50,349 nucleotides of DNA, taken from contig JBHJGN010000005.1 of the NCBI GenBank assembly GCA_050331735.1, forward strand, positions 1 through 50,349, in the 5' to 3' direction. The notes below the pieces were generated by a model. The model had not been told where the DNA came from and made no database searches. It was given only the letters and a program-made list of their open reading frames with translations. Source of the DNA: Cyanophyceae cyanobacterium (GTDB lineage: Bacteria; Cyanobacteriota; Cyanobacteriia; Cyanobacteriales; JBHJGN01). The number at the start of each line of letters is the position of its first letter. Position 1 is the stretch's first letter. Below, one piece after another: positions 31,078 to 41,393 of this stretch. Position numbers and translations under genes: made by a program.

Positions 31078-31521
31078 GACGGACTAATAGTATTAACCTG
31101 ATTGACAATTTTTTGATCAACTAAACTTTTTTAAACACAAAAACTCTCGGAAACATGAGCCTCATTATTCCTGTTTTTTCTGGTTAAGACTAGACTCAGT
31201 TTTAGATCGGCTAGATCAGTCAATCGTTAACCTTGAGCTGATCTAGGCGGGTTAGTTCGCGGATTGAAGATAATCGGCAGCGATCGCAGTGGCGATCGCG
31301 TCTCAGTGAAATTGTTCTTGAGTTCAACCTCTGAAAAAGCCGGTGATCGCCTCTTCAACTGACGGCTCACTCTGAGTGTGCTAGCCTGTCTGTACGGGGC
31401 TGTCCATCTGATAAGATGACTTCAAGAGTTAGCTTCTAAAACTGGTTCAGAATCCTATCTATATACAGGTAGTAAAAACAACTTAATTAGGTCAGCTTCT
31501 TCTCAATTCCCTGGTGCTCCT

Positions 31522-34263
31522 ATGCCTAGTTCTCGTCGCCAATTTGGGATCAATTGCTTACAAAAAATTCTCTTTTTCGGCACCCTTATCTTCTGCTTGT
31601 GGCTGGGCCATCGTCCGGTCGCCGTTTGGCGAGTGGGATGGGGGCAAGCAACAGCTCAAGCTCCAGCTCCTTCTCAGCTAGTCCAACAAGGAGCAGACAG
31701 CTATCAAACCGGAAATTATCAAAAGGCGATTGAGAATTGGCAACAAGCCCTCACCATATATGAGCAAGACAATCATCCAGCTCAGGCCGCAATCGTCCTT
31801 GAAAATTTAGCACGAACCTATCAGCAGCTCGGACAGAGCGAGCCTGCTGTCGATTACTGGGAGCGGGCGATCGCTTACTATCGCCAGCATCAAGAGGGTC
31901 AAAAGGTCGGAAGACTGATGACCGAGCAAGCCCAAGTTTATAGTGCTGCCGGTCAGCCAAGAAAAGCGCTGGCTCTTCTGTGTCGCGTTCCTGACGAGCA
32001 AGATCTTAATCAATCGGGGTGTGTTGAAGGCAGTGCCTTGCAAATTGCTCGGACTCATCAAGACCGGGCAGGAGAAGCAGCGGCGCTCGGCAGTTTAGGA
32101 AACGCTTATCGTTTGGTCGGGAACTACGAGCAAGCGATTGAGTGTCTTCAGGCAGTATCGGGAATGGGTGAAGCGCAGCGGCAGCATCCCCAATCAGCGG
32201 GAGAATGTACGAGAACGTTCAGCGTCAAGGATGACGATGGGGTTAATCAAGCCTATCGCTTCTCAGCCCTGAACAACTTAGGGAATGTTTATACAAGCAA
32301 AGCACAGCGTTTTGAGACCTTCGGGAGATCGGCAGAAATGAGAGGCGCGCACGACAAGGCCACATCCCTGAAGCAAGAAGCCACACTCCATCGACAGACG
32401 GCTCAGGACTATTTTCAGCAGAGCCTTGAGTTAGCCAGCGATCGCCAACAGCAGATGCAGGTTCTGCTCAATTTGATGCAGCTTGATCGTCAAACCCAAG
32501 CTTTGAAGCGAGAAAATTCTGCAAACCGTGTGCAGCAGGCGCTTAATCTGCTCGATCAGCTTCCTGACTCTCGCTCCAAAGCTTATGCCGCGATTCGGTT
32601 AGCAAACGTCAGCACTGCCGAGCGAGCGACTCCTAACGCGGCTCAGTGCCCGCAGCGACTTCTAGAAGAAGTACAAGCTGAAGCATTGCTTAAACAAGCT
32701 AGCTCGATGGCTCACAATCTTGGGGATCGTCGCGCCCAATCTTTTGCTTTGGGAGAACTCGGTCATCTCTACGAGTGCCGCCAGGACTACGCTCAAGCCT
32801 TGGGCTATACAGATCGAGCGCGTTTAGTCGCTAACCAGAACCGACAGGCTCAAGATAGCCTCTACCTGTGGGAGTGGCAGGCCGGACGAATTTTTGAACA
32901 ACAGGGCAAAGAGCCGGCAGCGCTGGCCGCCTACGAACGCGCGATCACGATTCTCCAAGAAATCCGAGACGAGCTTCTGGGTGGCGAGCGAGAGTTACAG
33001 TTTGACTTTCGGGATGCAATCGAGCCGCTCTACCGGGAATTTGCCCGCTTAAATCTTGAGCTTGCTGAGTCCCTCTCTCCTCAGTCCCAGACCTACCAGA
33101 ATGAGCTAAACGCTGCTCTGGGTGTGATTGATTCTTTAAAGCTGGCAGAACTGCAAGACTATTTTGGCGACGACTGTATCTTAACCACTTTTGACGACCA
33201 ACAGACCGCTCAATTGCTACAGCCAGATACGGTCGTGTTTAGTTCCATTGTTCTGGAAGACCGTACCGCTATTGTCGCTCATTTTCCGACTCAGAGAAAA
33301 TTGGCTTGGATAGATGTTGATCGCGCTACCCTAAGAGCAGAAATTGAGAACTTTCGGAGCGGACTGTTAGACCGTAGCGCCATTTTTTACGGCGATGCTC
33401 CCAATCAAAAGCCGCAGGCTAAGAAGCTATACGACTGGATTGTTGCCCCTTTCGCTGCCGATCTAGAAACCGCCCCCATTAAAACCCTGGTGTTTATTCA
33501 GGACGGGATGTTGCGCAGCATTCCTATGGCTGCCCTGTATGACGGCGAGCAATTTTTGGTACAGAAGTATGCGATCGCGATGACTCCCAGTCTGACCCTA
33601 ACCAACCCGAGAGCGTTTAGCGCACAAGACCTACAGCTCCTCGCGCTCGGATTGACCGACCCCGTTGAAGTGGAGGGAGAAACGTTTCCGGCTTTAGCAA
33701 ATGTTGAAGGCGAAATTGCCAGTGTTGCGGCTCGGTTCTCCGAGAGTAAGACGTTTCTCAACAGCAATTTTACGCAGCAGAGGTTGCAAACCGAACTGAA
33801 TCAGACTTTTTATCCCCTCATTCATATTGCTACCCACGCTAAGTTTGGGACCGTTCCAGAAGACACCTTTTTAGTGACGGGCAATAGCCAAAAGCTGACG
33901 ATTACTCAGCTTGAAGACGACCTCCGTTATTTCAGTACGCAATCGAACTCTGTAGAGCTGCTGGCGCTGACCGCCTGTGAAACTGGCGTTGGCGACGAAC
34001 GGGCCGTTTTGGGCTTAGCGGGAATCGCTGCGCGAGCTGGCGTTAAAAGTACCCTAGCCTCTCTATGGCCGATTCAAGATGAATCCACCAAAATCCTCGT
34101 CGATCAGTTCTACGCTCGTCTTCAGACAGGAGCCAGTAAAGCTCAAGCGCTACAGGCAGCACAGCAAGAGCTCATCGAGGCCCAAACCACTGGGGCAATT
34201 AACGATGACTACGTTCATCCCTACTACTGGGCTCCCTTCATCTTGATCGGCAACTGGCTTTAG
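31522..34263 (+). CDS. TPR-CHAT (caspase-like) protein with N-terminal signal peptide
   Basis: Signal-like N-terminus, TPR repeats, CHAT motifs HIATHA (His772), LTACETG (Cys819), ASLW, HPYYWAPFILIGNWL. Confidence 0.92.
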   Translation: MPSSRRQFGINCLQKILFFGTLIFCLWLGHRPVAVWRVGWGQATAQAPAPSQLVQQGADSYQTGNYQKAIENWQQALTIYEQDNHPAQAAIVLENLARTYQQLGQSEPAVDYWERAIAYYRQHQEGQKVGRLMTEQAQVYSAAGQPRKALALLCRVPDEQDLNQSGCVEGSALQIARTHQDRAGEAAALGSLGNAYRLVGNYEQAIECLQAVSGMGEAQRQHPQSAGECTRTFSVKDDDGVNQAYRFSALNNLGNVYTSKAQRFETFGRSAEMRGAHDKATSLKQEATLHRQTAQDYFQQSLELASDRQQQMQVLLNLMQLDRQTQALKRENSANRVQQALNLLDQLPDSRSKAYAAIRLANVSTAERATPNAAQCPQRLLEEVQAEALLKQASSMAHNLGDRRAQSFALGELGHLYECRQDYAQALGYTDRARLVANQNRQAQDSLYLWEWQAGRIFEQQGKEPAALAAYERAITILQEIRDELLGGERELQFDFRDAIEPLYREFARLNLELAESLSPQSQTYQNELNAALGVIDSLKLAELQDYFGDDCILTTFDDQQTAQLLQPDTVVFSSIVLEDRTAIVAHFPTQRKLAWIDVDRATLRAEIENFRSGLLDRSAIFYGDAPNQKPQAKKLYDWIVAPFAADLETAPIKTLVFIQDGMLRSIPMAALYDGEQFLVQKYAIAMTPSLTLTNPRAFSAQDLQLLALGLTDPVEVEGETFPALANVEGEIASVAARFSESKTFLNSNFTQQRLQTELNQTFYPLIHIATHAKFGTVPEDTFLVTGNSQKLTITQLEDDLRYFSTQSNSVELLALTACETGVGDERAVLGLAGIAARAGVKSTLASLWPIQDESTKILVDQFYARLQTGASKAQALQAAQQELIEAQTTGAINDDYVHPYYWAPFILIGNWL

Positions 34264-34264
34264 T

Positions 34265-35020
34265 TCAACGCTCGCTGATGGCAATCTGCTGCAAGCGCTC
34301 GACTTGGTTAGAGGCCCTGTCAGCCGAATCTACTAAATTTGCTTCTAAATTAGCGAGTTCCTCTAATAAAGTAGCTGCGTCCTCTCCCAGCTTCCCTGGA
34401 GGAGCTACTGCCAAGGCTTGTCCGAGGGCATCGTACCACAAGCCGGCTTGAGCATAATTGGCTGATTGGCTTGGGGGTACAGGCTCGGTGAACAGCGGAC
34501 TGACTACCTTAACATCAGCGCGGGCGATCGCATCGGGCTGAGAGTCGGGACAATCGATGGCGATCTGCCAGAGATATTTTTTGCCAACCATGAGCGAATA
34601 CGGCTCTGGAAGCGAGAGCGTCCTAATTCTTGCCGAACTCGGCGGCAAAGATAAAGTCGCAATTGGCTGAGTTGGGCGGTTGTTGAGGTCGTACTCGAAC
34701 AGCCGAAACTCCACAGATACGTTACTTGGGTCGGGGATATACCAGGCAAAAGTAGGCTGAGGCGAAGCCGTTTGCCCAACATGGGTTTGAGGGGCTAGCA
34801 GGGTAAGCGAGAGCGCCTCATGGCTTTGACATCTTCCTCTATGACCGGCTGTTCCAGAGCGAGTGTAGTCGCTTGGCGGTTCTTGATCGGCAGGAGGCAC
34901 GTAACCGGCTAGAGCTGCCTTCGTCAGCAGTGAAATACTCAGCAACCCACCAGTGATGACGCTGCTTAGACAAAGTTTTCGATGTAGCCACGTTCCTGTA
35001 AGCATTTTTGCTACTCCCAC
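34265..35020 (-). CDS. DUF928-family protein with signal peptide
   Basis: …ALA|GYVPP, RG.C, LAPQTHVGQT, PTFAWYIP, YLWQIAIDC, YAQAGLWYDAL. Confidence 0.88.
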   Translation of the reverse strand: MGVAKMLTGTWLHRKLCLSSVITGGLLSISLLTKAALAGYVPPADQEPPSDYTRSGTAGHRGRCQSHEALSLTLLAPQTHVGQTASPQPTFAWYIPDPSNVSVEFRLFEYDLNNRPTQPIATLSLPPSSARIRTLSLPEPYSLMVGKKYLWQIAIDCPDSQPDAIARADVKVVSPLFTEPVPPSQSANYAQAGLWYDALGQALAVAPPGKLGEDAATLLEELANLEANLVDSADRASNQVERLQQIAISER

Positions 35021-35041
35021 AATCGCGATCTTAAGTCACCA

Positions 35042-37000
35042 CTAGGGCGATCGCCTTAACAATTTTTGCAGATTAGACAAGGTATTTACTCGTCCGGTTT
35101 TCCTGGATAAAGACCAGGTAAAGGCACACAAAGTGCCTTTTGGCTCGAGACGCTTCCGTTTAAACTTTCCTCCCAGGAGCTTCTCTAAATTTCTAAACTG
35201 TTTTGTTCCTTGACCTTCATAGTCCGAATCAATTCCAACGCCATTGTCTTCAATGCTAAGCGTGTAGCAGCCTGCGCTGGCTTTTCCAGTCACAATTAAA
35301 CGAGTCGCTCCTTCTGCGTGTTTGCCAACATTACACAAAGCTTCTTCGAGAAATTCGCACAGTTTTTGCTTCTGCTTTAAACTTAGATGCCTAGACTCCA
35401 CTGGCTCAAATTCAACCACTCTTGCCTTAATCTTCTCAAAGTTGGGAAAAATTGTTTTTTTTAGGGTTTTATCAAAAACTTTGCGGAACAGCTCGTGCAG
35501 CGGTAGCGTTAAAGAGACGACCTGCCCGTTGCCGAGGTGAAGTTGTCTGGAGATTAAACGCTCTTGAAGGCGATCGCCTGAAGCAGGAGGCTTTAAGAGG
35601 AGATCGCCGATTTCTCTAATTTCCCGGTTCAAATCTTCCAGCTCTAGCAGCAGTGGCTTGGGCAAACTATTCTGGTCGCGAACCTGGCGCAGGATTCCCG
35701 CTAAAGACTGTAGTGGACCATTGTGAATAGCGGTGAATGTCTCGTCGATCGCGTACTGGCGTTCGAGAACCAGAGTCTTTAACGACCGTTCGTTCTGGTA
35801 GTACGTTGTGTAGGCCACGCCGTTAACAACAAAGACGATCCAGGCAGGAACGACAGGCAGCCACCAGCCGCCCATCCAGAGCAAGACATAGCCAATTCCG
35901 ACCAGGATGCAGCTCGCGCAGAGCACTCTCAACAGGTTTTTGATGGCAGAGCGAGTCAGACGTCCTATGGGAATGGCCAGCAGTCCCCAGCCTAGAATCC
36001 ACAGATATTCTATTCCATCAGGCAAAGACTTTAATAGCGGTCGTCCCTCCAGCACAGCACTGAGAATCTGGCTGGTTGCGTGGGCTTGGTATTCCACTCC
36101 CCGGATCACTCCCGGCGGATTTAACTGGGCGATGGCCACCGTGTTGACAGTGTCTTTGACGCTATCAGCCGTGATGCCGACGATCACAATGCGATCGCGC
36201 AGCCACTCGGGCGCTGCTTTGTTATTGATGATGTCCCGATACGAGAACGTCCGAAATCTGGTTTGGCCTCGGCGGTAATTGAGCAGGGTTTGCACTCCAT
36301 CCACAGGAGCGTTGACGTATCCACCAGTGTTAGCCCGAAACCGAGGCAAGTCAGTGTGGTTAAATCGCATCGCATGGGGGTCGCTCTTGCCGTTTTCTAG
36401 AAAAATCTCCTGAGTGGCTAGATAAGCTTCTGCTAAGCGCAAAGCCAGGGAAAAAACGTATTCTTTCTTCGTATGATCTCGATACATTCCCAAAGGACTA
36501 CGCCTCACCTGACCGTCAGCATCAAAGAAAATATCTGAGAAACCGACTTGTTGAGGAGATAATTCTGATGGCGGCGGAATCCGATCGGGAGGCAGAACTT
36601 TCTCAATCGCAATCAGATTTTGACTGTTTTGAAAGGCCGTCACTCGTTCTTGGTATCCGGGCTCAACTGGGATGTCCCTGAATATATCAAATCCAATCAC
36701 TGCGGGTTCGTAAGTTTGTAGTTGCGCGATCAGCTCGGCAACATTAGCATCCGGGAGCGGATAGTGACCAATCTGTTGAATATCGCGATCATCGATCCCC
36801 ACGATCACAATTCTGTCATCGACAGCTCCGTTGTCGTTGCGTTCTGTAGGAAGCTGACGCAGGAAACAATCTAAAGTTGCCCACTCAAGGAACTGTAGCG
36901 CTCCCATCAGACGAGCGATCGTGACTAGTCCAACAACCACAATTCCGATTTGCCATTTTTCAAGTTGCCGTTTGATTTTTTTTTCCAGGCTACGCTGCAC
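35042..37000 (-). CDS. CHASE2-domain sensor histidine kinase
   Basis: CHASE2 motifs RIVIVGID, IGFDIFRD, DADGQVRR; three TM helices; H-box IHNGPLQ; EALCNVGKHA and EDNGVG. Confidence 0.9.
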   Translation of the reverse strand: MQRSLEKKIKRQLEKWQIGIVVVGLVTIARLMGALQFLEWATLDCFLRQLPTERNDNGAVDDRIVIVGIDDRDIQQIGHYPLPDANVAELIAQLQTYEPAVIGFDIFRDIPVEPGYQERVTAFQNSQNLIAIEKVLPPDRIPPPSELSPQQVGFSDIFFDADGQVRRSPLGMYRDHTKKEYVFSLALRLAEAYLATQEIFLENGKSDPHAMRFNHTDLPRFRANTGGYVNAPVDGVQTLLNYRRGQTRFRTFSYRDIINNKAAPEWLRDRIVIVGITADSVKDTVNTVAIAQLNPPGVIRGVEYQAHATSQILSAVLEGRPLLKSLPDGIEYLWILGWGLLAIPIGRLTRSAIKNLLRVLCASCILVGIGYVLLWMGGWWLPVVPAWIVFVVNGVAYTTYYQNERSLKTLVLERQYAIDETFTAIHNGPLQSLAGILRQVRDQNSLPKPLLLELEDLNREIREIGDLLLKPPASGDRLQERLISRQLHLGNGQVVSLTLPLHELFRKVFDKTLKKTIFPNFEKIKARVVEFEPVESRHLSLKQKQKLCEFLEEALCNVGKHAEGATRLIVTGKASAGCYTLSIEDNGVGIDSDYEGQGTKQFRNLEKLLGGKFKRKRLEPKGTLCAFTWSLSRKTGRVNTLSNLQKLLRRSP

Positions 37001-37020
37001 AATCTTGTTTCCTTATCGAC

Positions 37021-37698
37021 CTAGTCCAGAAACCCTAACTCTCTAGCTTTCATAAGGGTTTGAATTTTTTTGCGCTCGTGGCGATCGCTTGCTTCTGGAT
37101 AGATGCCGAAAACATCGCGAATTTTATGCCAGTAACTCCAGACCGTTCGTTCGGCAACGTTAATTTGCATCGCAATCTCTTTATCAGTTAAGCCTTGACT
37201 ACCTAACTCCAGAACTTGATACCACTCTGGTCTCAGTTCTCCCGAGTACAGTTCTTTCACATCCTTGGTGTAGGAAATTCCTTCCATCGCCCAGTCAACC
37301 TTTTTGAGCAAATCCTCAATCGAGGTTTTGTCGGCAACGGTAAATCCTCCTTGATGGCGATCAATCTCAGATTTGAGCCTTACTAACGCCTTAGTATTAC
37401 TGCTTAGCACAACAATATTGAGATGAGGTTGTTTGGTCATTAAAGTTCGCAGGATTTGAATGCCGATTTCGGTTTGGGCAGTAGACTCAGGTTCTTCGGG
37501 AATGGCTAAATCTAGAAGAAACAGATCGGGTTGAAAAGTCTCAATTTTCTGGAGTAAACTCTGTGCTGTTTTAGCGGTATGAATCTCTGCCTCTGGATAT
37601 TTCCTGCGCAATGCGTCAATGGTTCCCACCAAAATTAGTTCGTGGTCATCCACTACCATAATTTTAGGTTTGGTAATGATGGGAAAGTAATAACTCAT
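37021..37698 (-). CDS. NarL/LuxR-type response regulator
   Basis: VVDDHE, LLDLAIP acceptor Asp, C-terminal GLTDKEIA...ERTV HTH. Confidence 0.92.
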   Translation of the reverse strand: MSYYFPIITKPKIMVVDDHELILVGTIDALRRKYPEAEIHTAKTAQSLLQKIETFQPDLFLLDLAIPEEPESTAQTEIGIQILRTLMTKQPHLNIVVLSSNTKALVRLKSEIDRHQGGFTVADKTSIEDLLKKVDWAMEGISYTKDVKELYSGELRPEWYQVLELGSQGLTDKEIAMQINVAERTVWSYWHKIRDVFGIYPEASDRHERKKIQTLMKARELGFLD

Positions 37699-38379
37699 TC
37701 TCCGCTACTGCAATCTTTGGTAAGAAGTTTTCCTTTAAAAAATCTAGGCATACAGTCGATTAATGCCTCTATTCTCCCAGGAAACCAGCAAGATTTGCTC
37801 ACGCCGAGCTTATTCAAGCTCAACACTGGCAACAGGATACTTTGCTCCGAGTCCCAGCAGTACTAGAACAGCACTGAATCTTAAGTCAGCAATTTGCTTT
37901 ACTAATCTAAACATCAGCGATGTTAACAGTATAATCAAGCCCTCTCTGGCTTAGGCTAAGAGTACTAAGCTAAACAGTGGTTTACAATGTAGTTTTCTAC
38001 ATCATATTTTGCTAGTTTCCCTGGCTCAATATCAAAAAAAATCGTAGGTAAGGTGGGGTCAATTCCTGGCATTAACCTGCATTAAGATAAATAAAATAAA
38101 CTAAATAACCTCATTTTGGTTCTTTATAGTAGAAATTAAGGAGAAAAACGAAAAAAATCTCCGCCTACCGATCAACTTTAAACAAAAAGATTAAAACTAA
38201 TGCTCGCTTTTGAGGAGTCCTAGTCATGCTTGAAGAGAACCTAATAGACGACCGAAAAAAGGGAACTGAAGCCTGGATAGACAGTCGAGTTCTGGGGCTT
38301 CTTCTGAGCAGACAGGGGCTAGCTGAAAGTTGGCAACGATTGTAACCGTGCTGTAGTGTTGTCGAGAGGGAGCCTGGTG

Positions 38380-41364
38380 ATGACGATTCAATGGTGCTGG
38401 ACGTTAAAACTAGCGATCAGGTTGGGAATAAGCGGCGTACTGACCTTTTCTTCCCAGGAGGCGATCGCCCAAAACCAGATTGTCCCAGACAATACCTTGG
38501 GGAACGAACGCTCCATCGTTACCCCGGATACGATTGAGGGGCGCGAGAGCGATCGCCTTGAGGGGGGAGCTAGACGCAGTGCTAATGTGTTCCACAGTTT
38601 TTCAGAATTTAACGTTGGGGAAGGAAGGGGAGCTTATTTTGCTAGTCCCGAAGGCATTGAAAATATTCTCTCTCGGGTAACGGGCGGGAGTCGCTCTGAG
38701 ATTTTGGGGACGCTTGGTGTGTTGGGAAATGCCAATCTGTTCCTGATTAATCCCAATGGTATTTTGTTCGGACCGAACGCCAGCTTGGATATCACAGGGT
38801 CTTTTGTCGGGACGACTGCCAGCGGGATTGAATTTGGCGATCGCGGTTTGTTCAGCGCGACGAATCCCAATGCTCCTTCTCAACTCCTCACGGTCAATCC
38901 GGCTGCCTTGTTGTTTAATCAAATTGCCGCTCAACCGATTATCAATCGTTCTGTCTCTCCCAATTCCCAGAATCCTGAAATTCCCGACGGGCTTAGAGTT
39001 CCAACTCAGGAAAGTTTGTTATTAGTTGGCGGTGAAGTGAGATTAGAAGGCGGAAGTTTGCGGGCTCCGGGCGGAAGAATTGAGTTAGGAGGGTTAGCAG
39101 CACCAGGAATCGTCGGACTAACGGTTAACGGTAGCGATTTGAGTTTAAGCTTTCCTGACGGCGTAGCACGGGCTGACGTGTCTCTCCTTGGTGTAAGTAC
39201 AATACCGGAAATTGATGTTACGGCTGGGGACGGTGGCGATATCGCTATTTTTGCTCGCAACATCCATGTTTTAGATGGCAGTGATATTTGCGCTGGAATT
39301 GGAGCAGATGGAGCCTGCGGCGGATTAGCACCAGGTTCTGGTTATGTGGGCGCTCAAGCAGGGGATATAACACTGGATGCCCAAGGAACGATCGCGATCG
39401 CTGCTCTATTCAGTGAGGTTAACAATAACGTCAATTCTGATGCCGTTGGCAATGGCGGTCACGTTAACATCAAAGCGAGGTCAATTAGGATCGCCGATGG
39501 GGCACGGATCAGCGCTAGTACCAGCGGTCAGGGAGATGCAGGCCGCATCAATATTTCGGCTCGCGATACCGTTTTCTTGAGGGATGGCAACAGCCGCGAT
39601 ACCTTTATTTTCAATAATGTCGAATCTGGCGCTACCGGCAATAGTGGAGGAATTAACATCACGACGGGCTCCCTGTCTGTGAACGATGGCGCCCAAATTC
39701 AGTCGGAAGTAGAAGGAGCAGGAAACTCCGGCCCGATTATCATTCATGCGAGTGATACGGTGTCCTTTGATGGACGCGATGCTAGTGATTTTCCGAGTGC
39801 TGCTACCAGTGGTGTTGAAGAGGGCGCAATAGGCAACAGCGGAGGGATCGTGATTATTACAGACTCTTTCTCGATGACGAATCGTGCTCAACTGCTTAGC
39901 AACACCGCAGGACAGGGAAATGCAGGCAGCATCTCCATCGAGGCCCAAGACCGGGTGTTTTTATTAAATTCAGATATTAGCAGCGAGGTCAGTGAGGAAG
40001 GGGGTCTAGGGAGGGGAGGCGATATCAATATCAAAACAGGGAATTTACTCGTTCAAAGAGGTTCCTCGCTACGGGCTGACACAGAAAATTTTGGAGACGC
40101 CGGTAATATTACCATCGAAGCGCGCGATCGCGTAGTTGTCGAGGGAGAAGGTCTTGGGGCGGGAAGAAATTCCACCGATATTTTCCCGAGTCAAATTACT
40201 GCCACGGTAGACTCTAATACATTCGCGGCCACAGGAGAAGGGGGAGACATTACTATCTCTACCGGAGCGCTTTTAATCGCTGATGAAGCATTTATTAATA
40301 CCAGTACCGAGGGACTAGGAAATGCAGGCGATATTAATCTTACCGCTACTGATTTTATCTCCGTCAGAGCTGGCGGATTAGTGCTAGCCGATACAGAGGG
40401 TATAGGAGATGCAGGTAGTTTGTTTATTGATACCGACAAAATTAACATAAATGGCGGTGAAAACGCTTTTATAACTGGACTTTTTGCAGAAGTAGAAGAA
40501 AATGCCACAGGAATTGGTGGCAACATCAACATTCGTGCCGCATCGCTTTCGATCAGCAATGGCGCTCAGATTAGTGCAGAGTCTCTTGGACAAGGAAACG
40601 CTGGCAACATTACCATCGCTGCCGAAGGCGCTTTGAGCGCTACTGACGGCAACATTGTTACAGCGGCTGAAAGAGCCTCGGGCGGCGCGATCGCGATTAC
40701 AGCAGAAGCAATCCGCTTGCAGGGCGACAGCAATATTCGCACCGAAGTGGCTAGCGGGACAGGGGGGGGAGGAAATATCACCCTAACGGCAGACTCCATT
40801 CTGGCTTTCGACGACAGCGATATCTTTGCTTTCGCCCGCGACGGTCAAGGAGGTAATATCTCCTTAGAGACTTCCGCCTTCTTTGGAGAAAGCTTCCGTC
40901 GCGAGCCCAGCAATATTAATCCAGATGACTTAGACGGCAACGCTCGCGTCGATATCAACGCCAGTGGAGCAGTCAGTGGGGCAATTACTTTGCCCGACGT
41001 TAGTTTTATCCAAAACAGCCTGACCGAACTCCCTCAAACCCCTATTGACCCTGCTACTCTGCTAGCAACGAGCTGCATTGTTCGGGGTGATCGCGCCCGA
41101 AACAGCTTTACCGTTACTGGTTCTGGCGGCTTGCCATCCCGACCTAACGATGCGTTTGTTACCTCTTTTCCCATTGGAGAGATCCAAACTATTCCACCAG
41201 CAGAGGAATCTGAGCTTGCCCAAAGCAGCCGGCGGAACAGTGAGTCCGCACCCGCCTCAAACTTCAGCAGGGGTGGATGGCAGGAGGGCGATCCGGTTGT
41301 TGAACCGACTGGAGTGTATCGGCTTCCTAGCGGACAACTGATTATCAGTCGAGAATGTTCGTAA
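38380..41364 (+). CDS. TpsA filamentous haemagglutinin-family exoprotein
   Basis: Signal peptide, TPS domain NVFHSFSEFNV / SRVTGG / LINPNGI, G(N/D)(A/G)G-x-I-x-I beta-helix repeats. Confidence 0.93.
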   Translation: MTIQWCWTLKLAIRLGISGVLTFSSQEAIAQNQIVPDNTLGNERSIVTPDTIEGRESDRLEGGARRSANVFHSFSEFNVGEGRGAYFASPEGIENILSRVTGGSRSEILGTLGVLGNANLFLINPNGILFGPNASLDITGSFVGTTASGIEFGDRGLFSATNPNAPSQLLTVNPAALLFNQIAAQPIINRSVSPNSQNPEIPDGLRVPTQESLLLVGGEVRLEGGSLRAPGGRIELGGLAAPGIVGLTVNGSDLSLSFPDGVARADVSLLGVSTIPEIDVTAGDGGDIAIFARNIHVLDGSDICAGIGADGACGGLAPGSGYVGAQAGDITLDAQGTIAIAALFSEVNNNVNSDAVGNGGHVNIKARSIRIADGARISASTSGQGDAGRINISARDTVFLRDGNSRDTFIFNNVESGATGNSGGINITTGSLSVNDGAQIQSEVEGAGNSGPIIIHASDTVSFDGRDASDFPSAATSGVEEGAIGNSGGIVIITDSFSMTNRAQLLSNTAGQGNAGSISIEAQDRVFLLNSDISSEVSEEGGLGRGGDINIKTGNLLVQRGSSLRADTENFGDAGNITIEARDRVVVEGEGLGAGRNSTDIFPSQITATVDSNTFAATGEGGDITISTGALLIADEAFINTSTEGLGNAGDINLTATDFISVRAGGLVLADTEGIGDAGSLFIDTDKININGGENAFITGLFAEVEENATGIGGNINIRAASLSISNGAQISAESLGQGNAGNITIAAEGALSATDGNIVTAAERASGGAIAITAEAIRLQGDSNIRTEVASGTGGGGNITLTADSILAFDDSDIFAFARDGQGGNISLETSAFFGESFRREPSNINPDDLDGNARVDINASGAVSGAITLPDVSFIQNSLTELPQTPIDPATLLATSCIVRGDRARNSFTVTGSGGLPSRPNDAFVTSFPIGEIQTIPPAEESELAQSSRRNSESAPASNFSRGGWQEGDPVVEPTGVYRLPSGQLIISRECS

Positions 41365-41393
41365 TCGTATTTGAGTAGCGAACGTAAACCTGG

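Noticed and set aside
31522..34263. CRISPR-associated TPR-CHAT (Craspase)
   Set aside because: No cas genes or array in the window, and the protein has a signal-peptide-like N-terminus.
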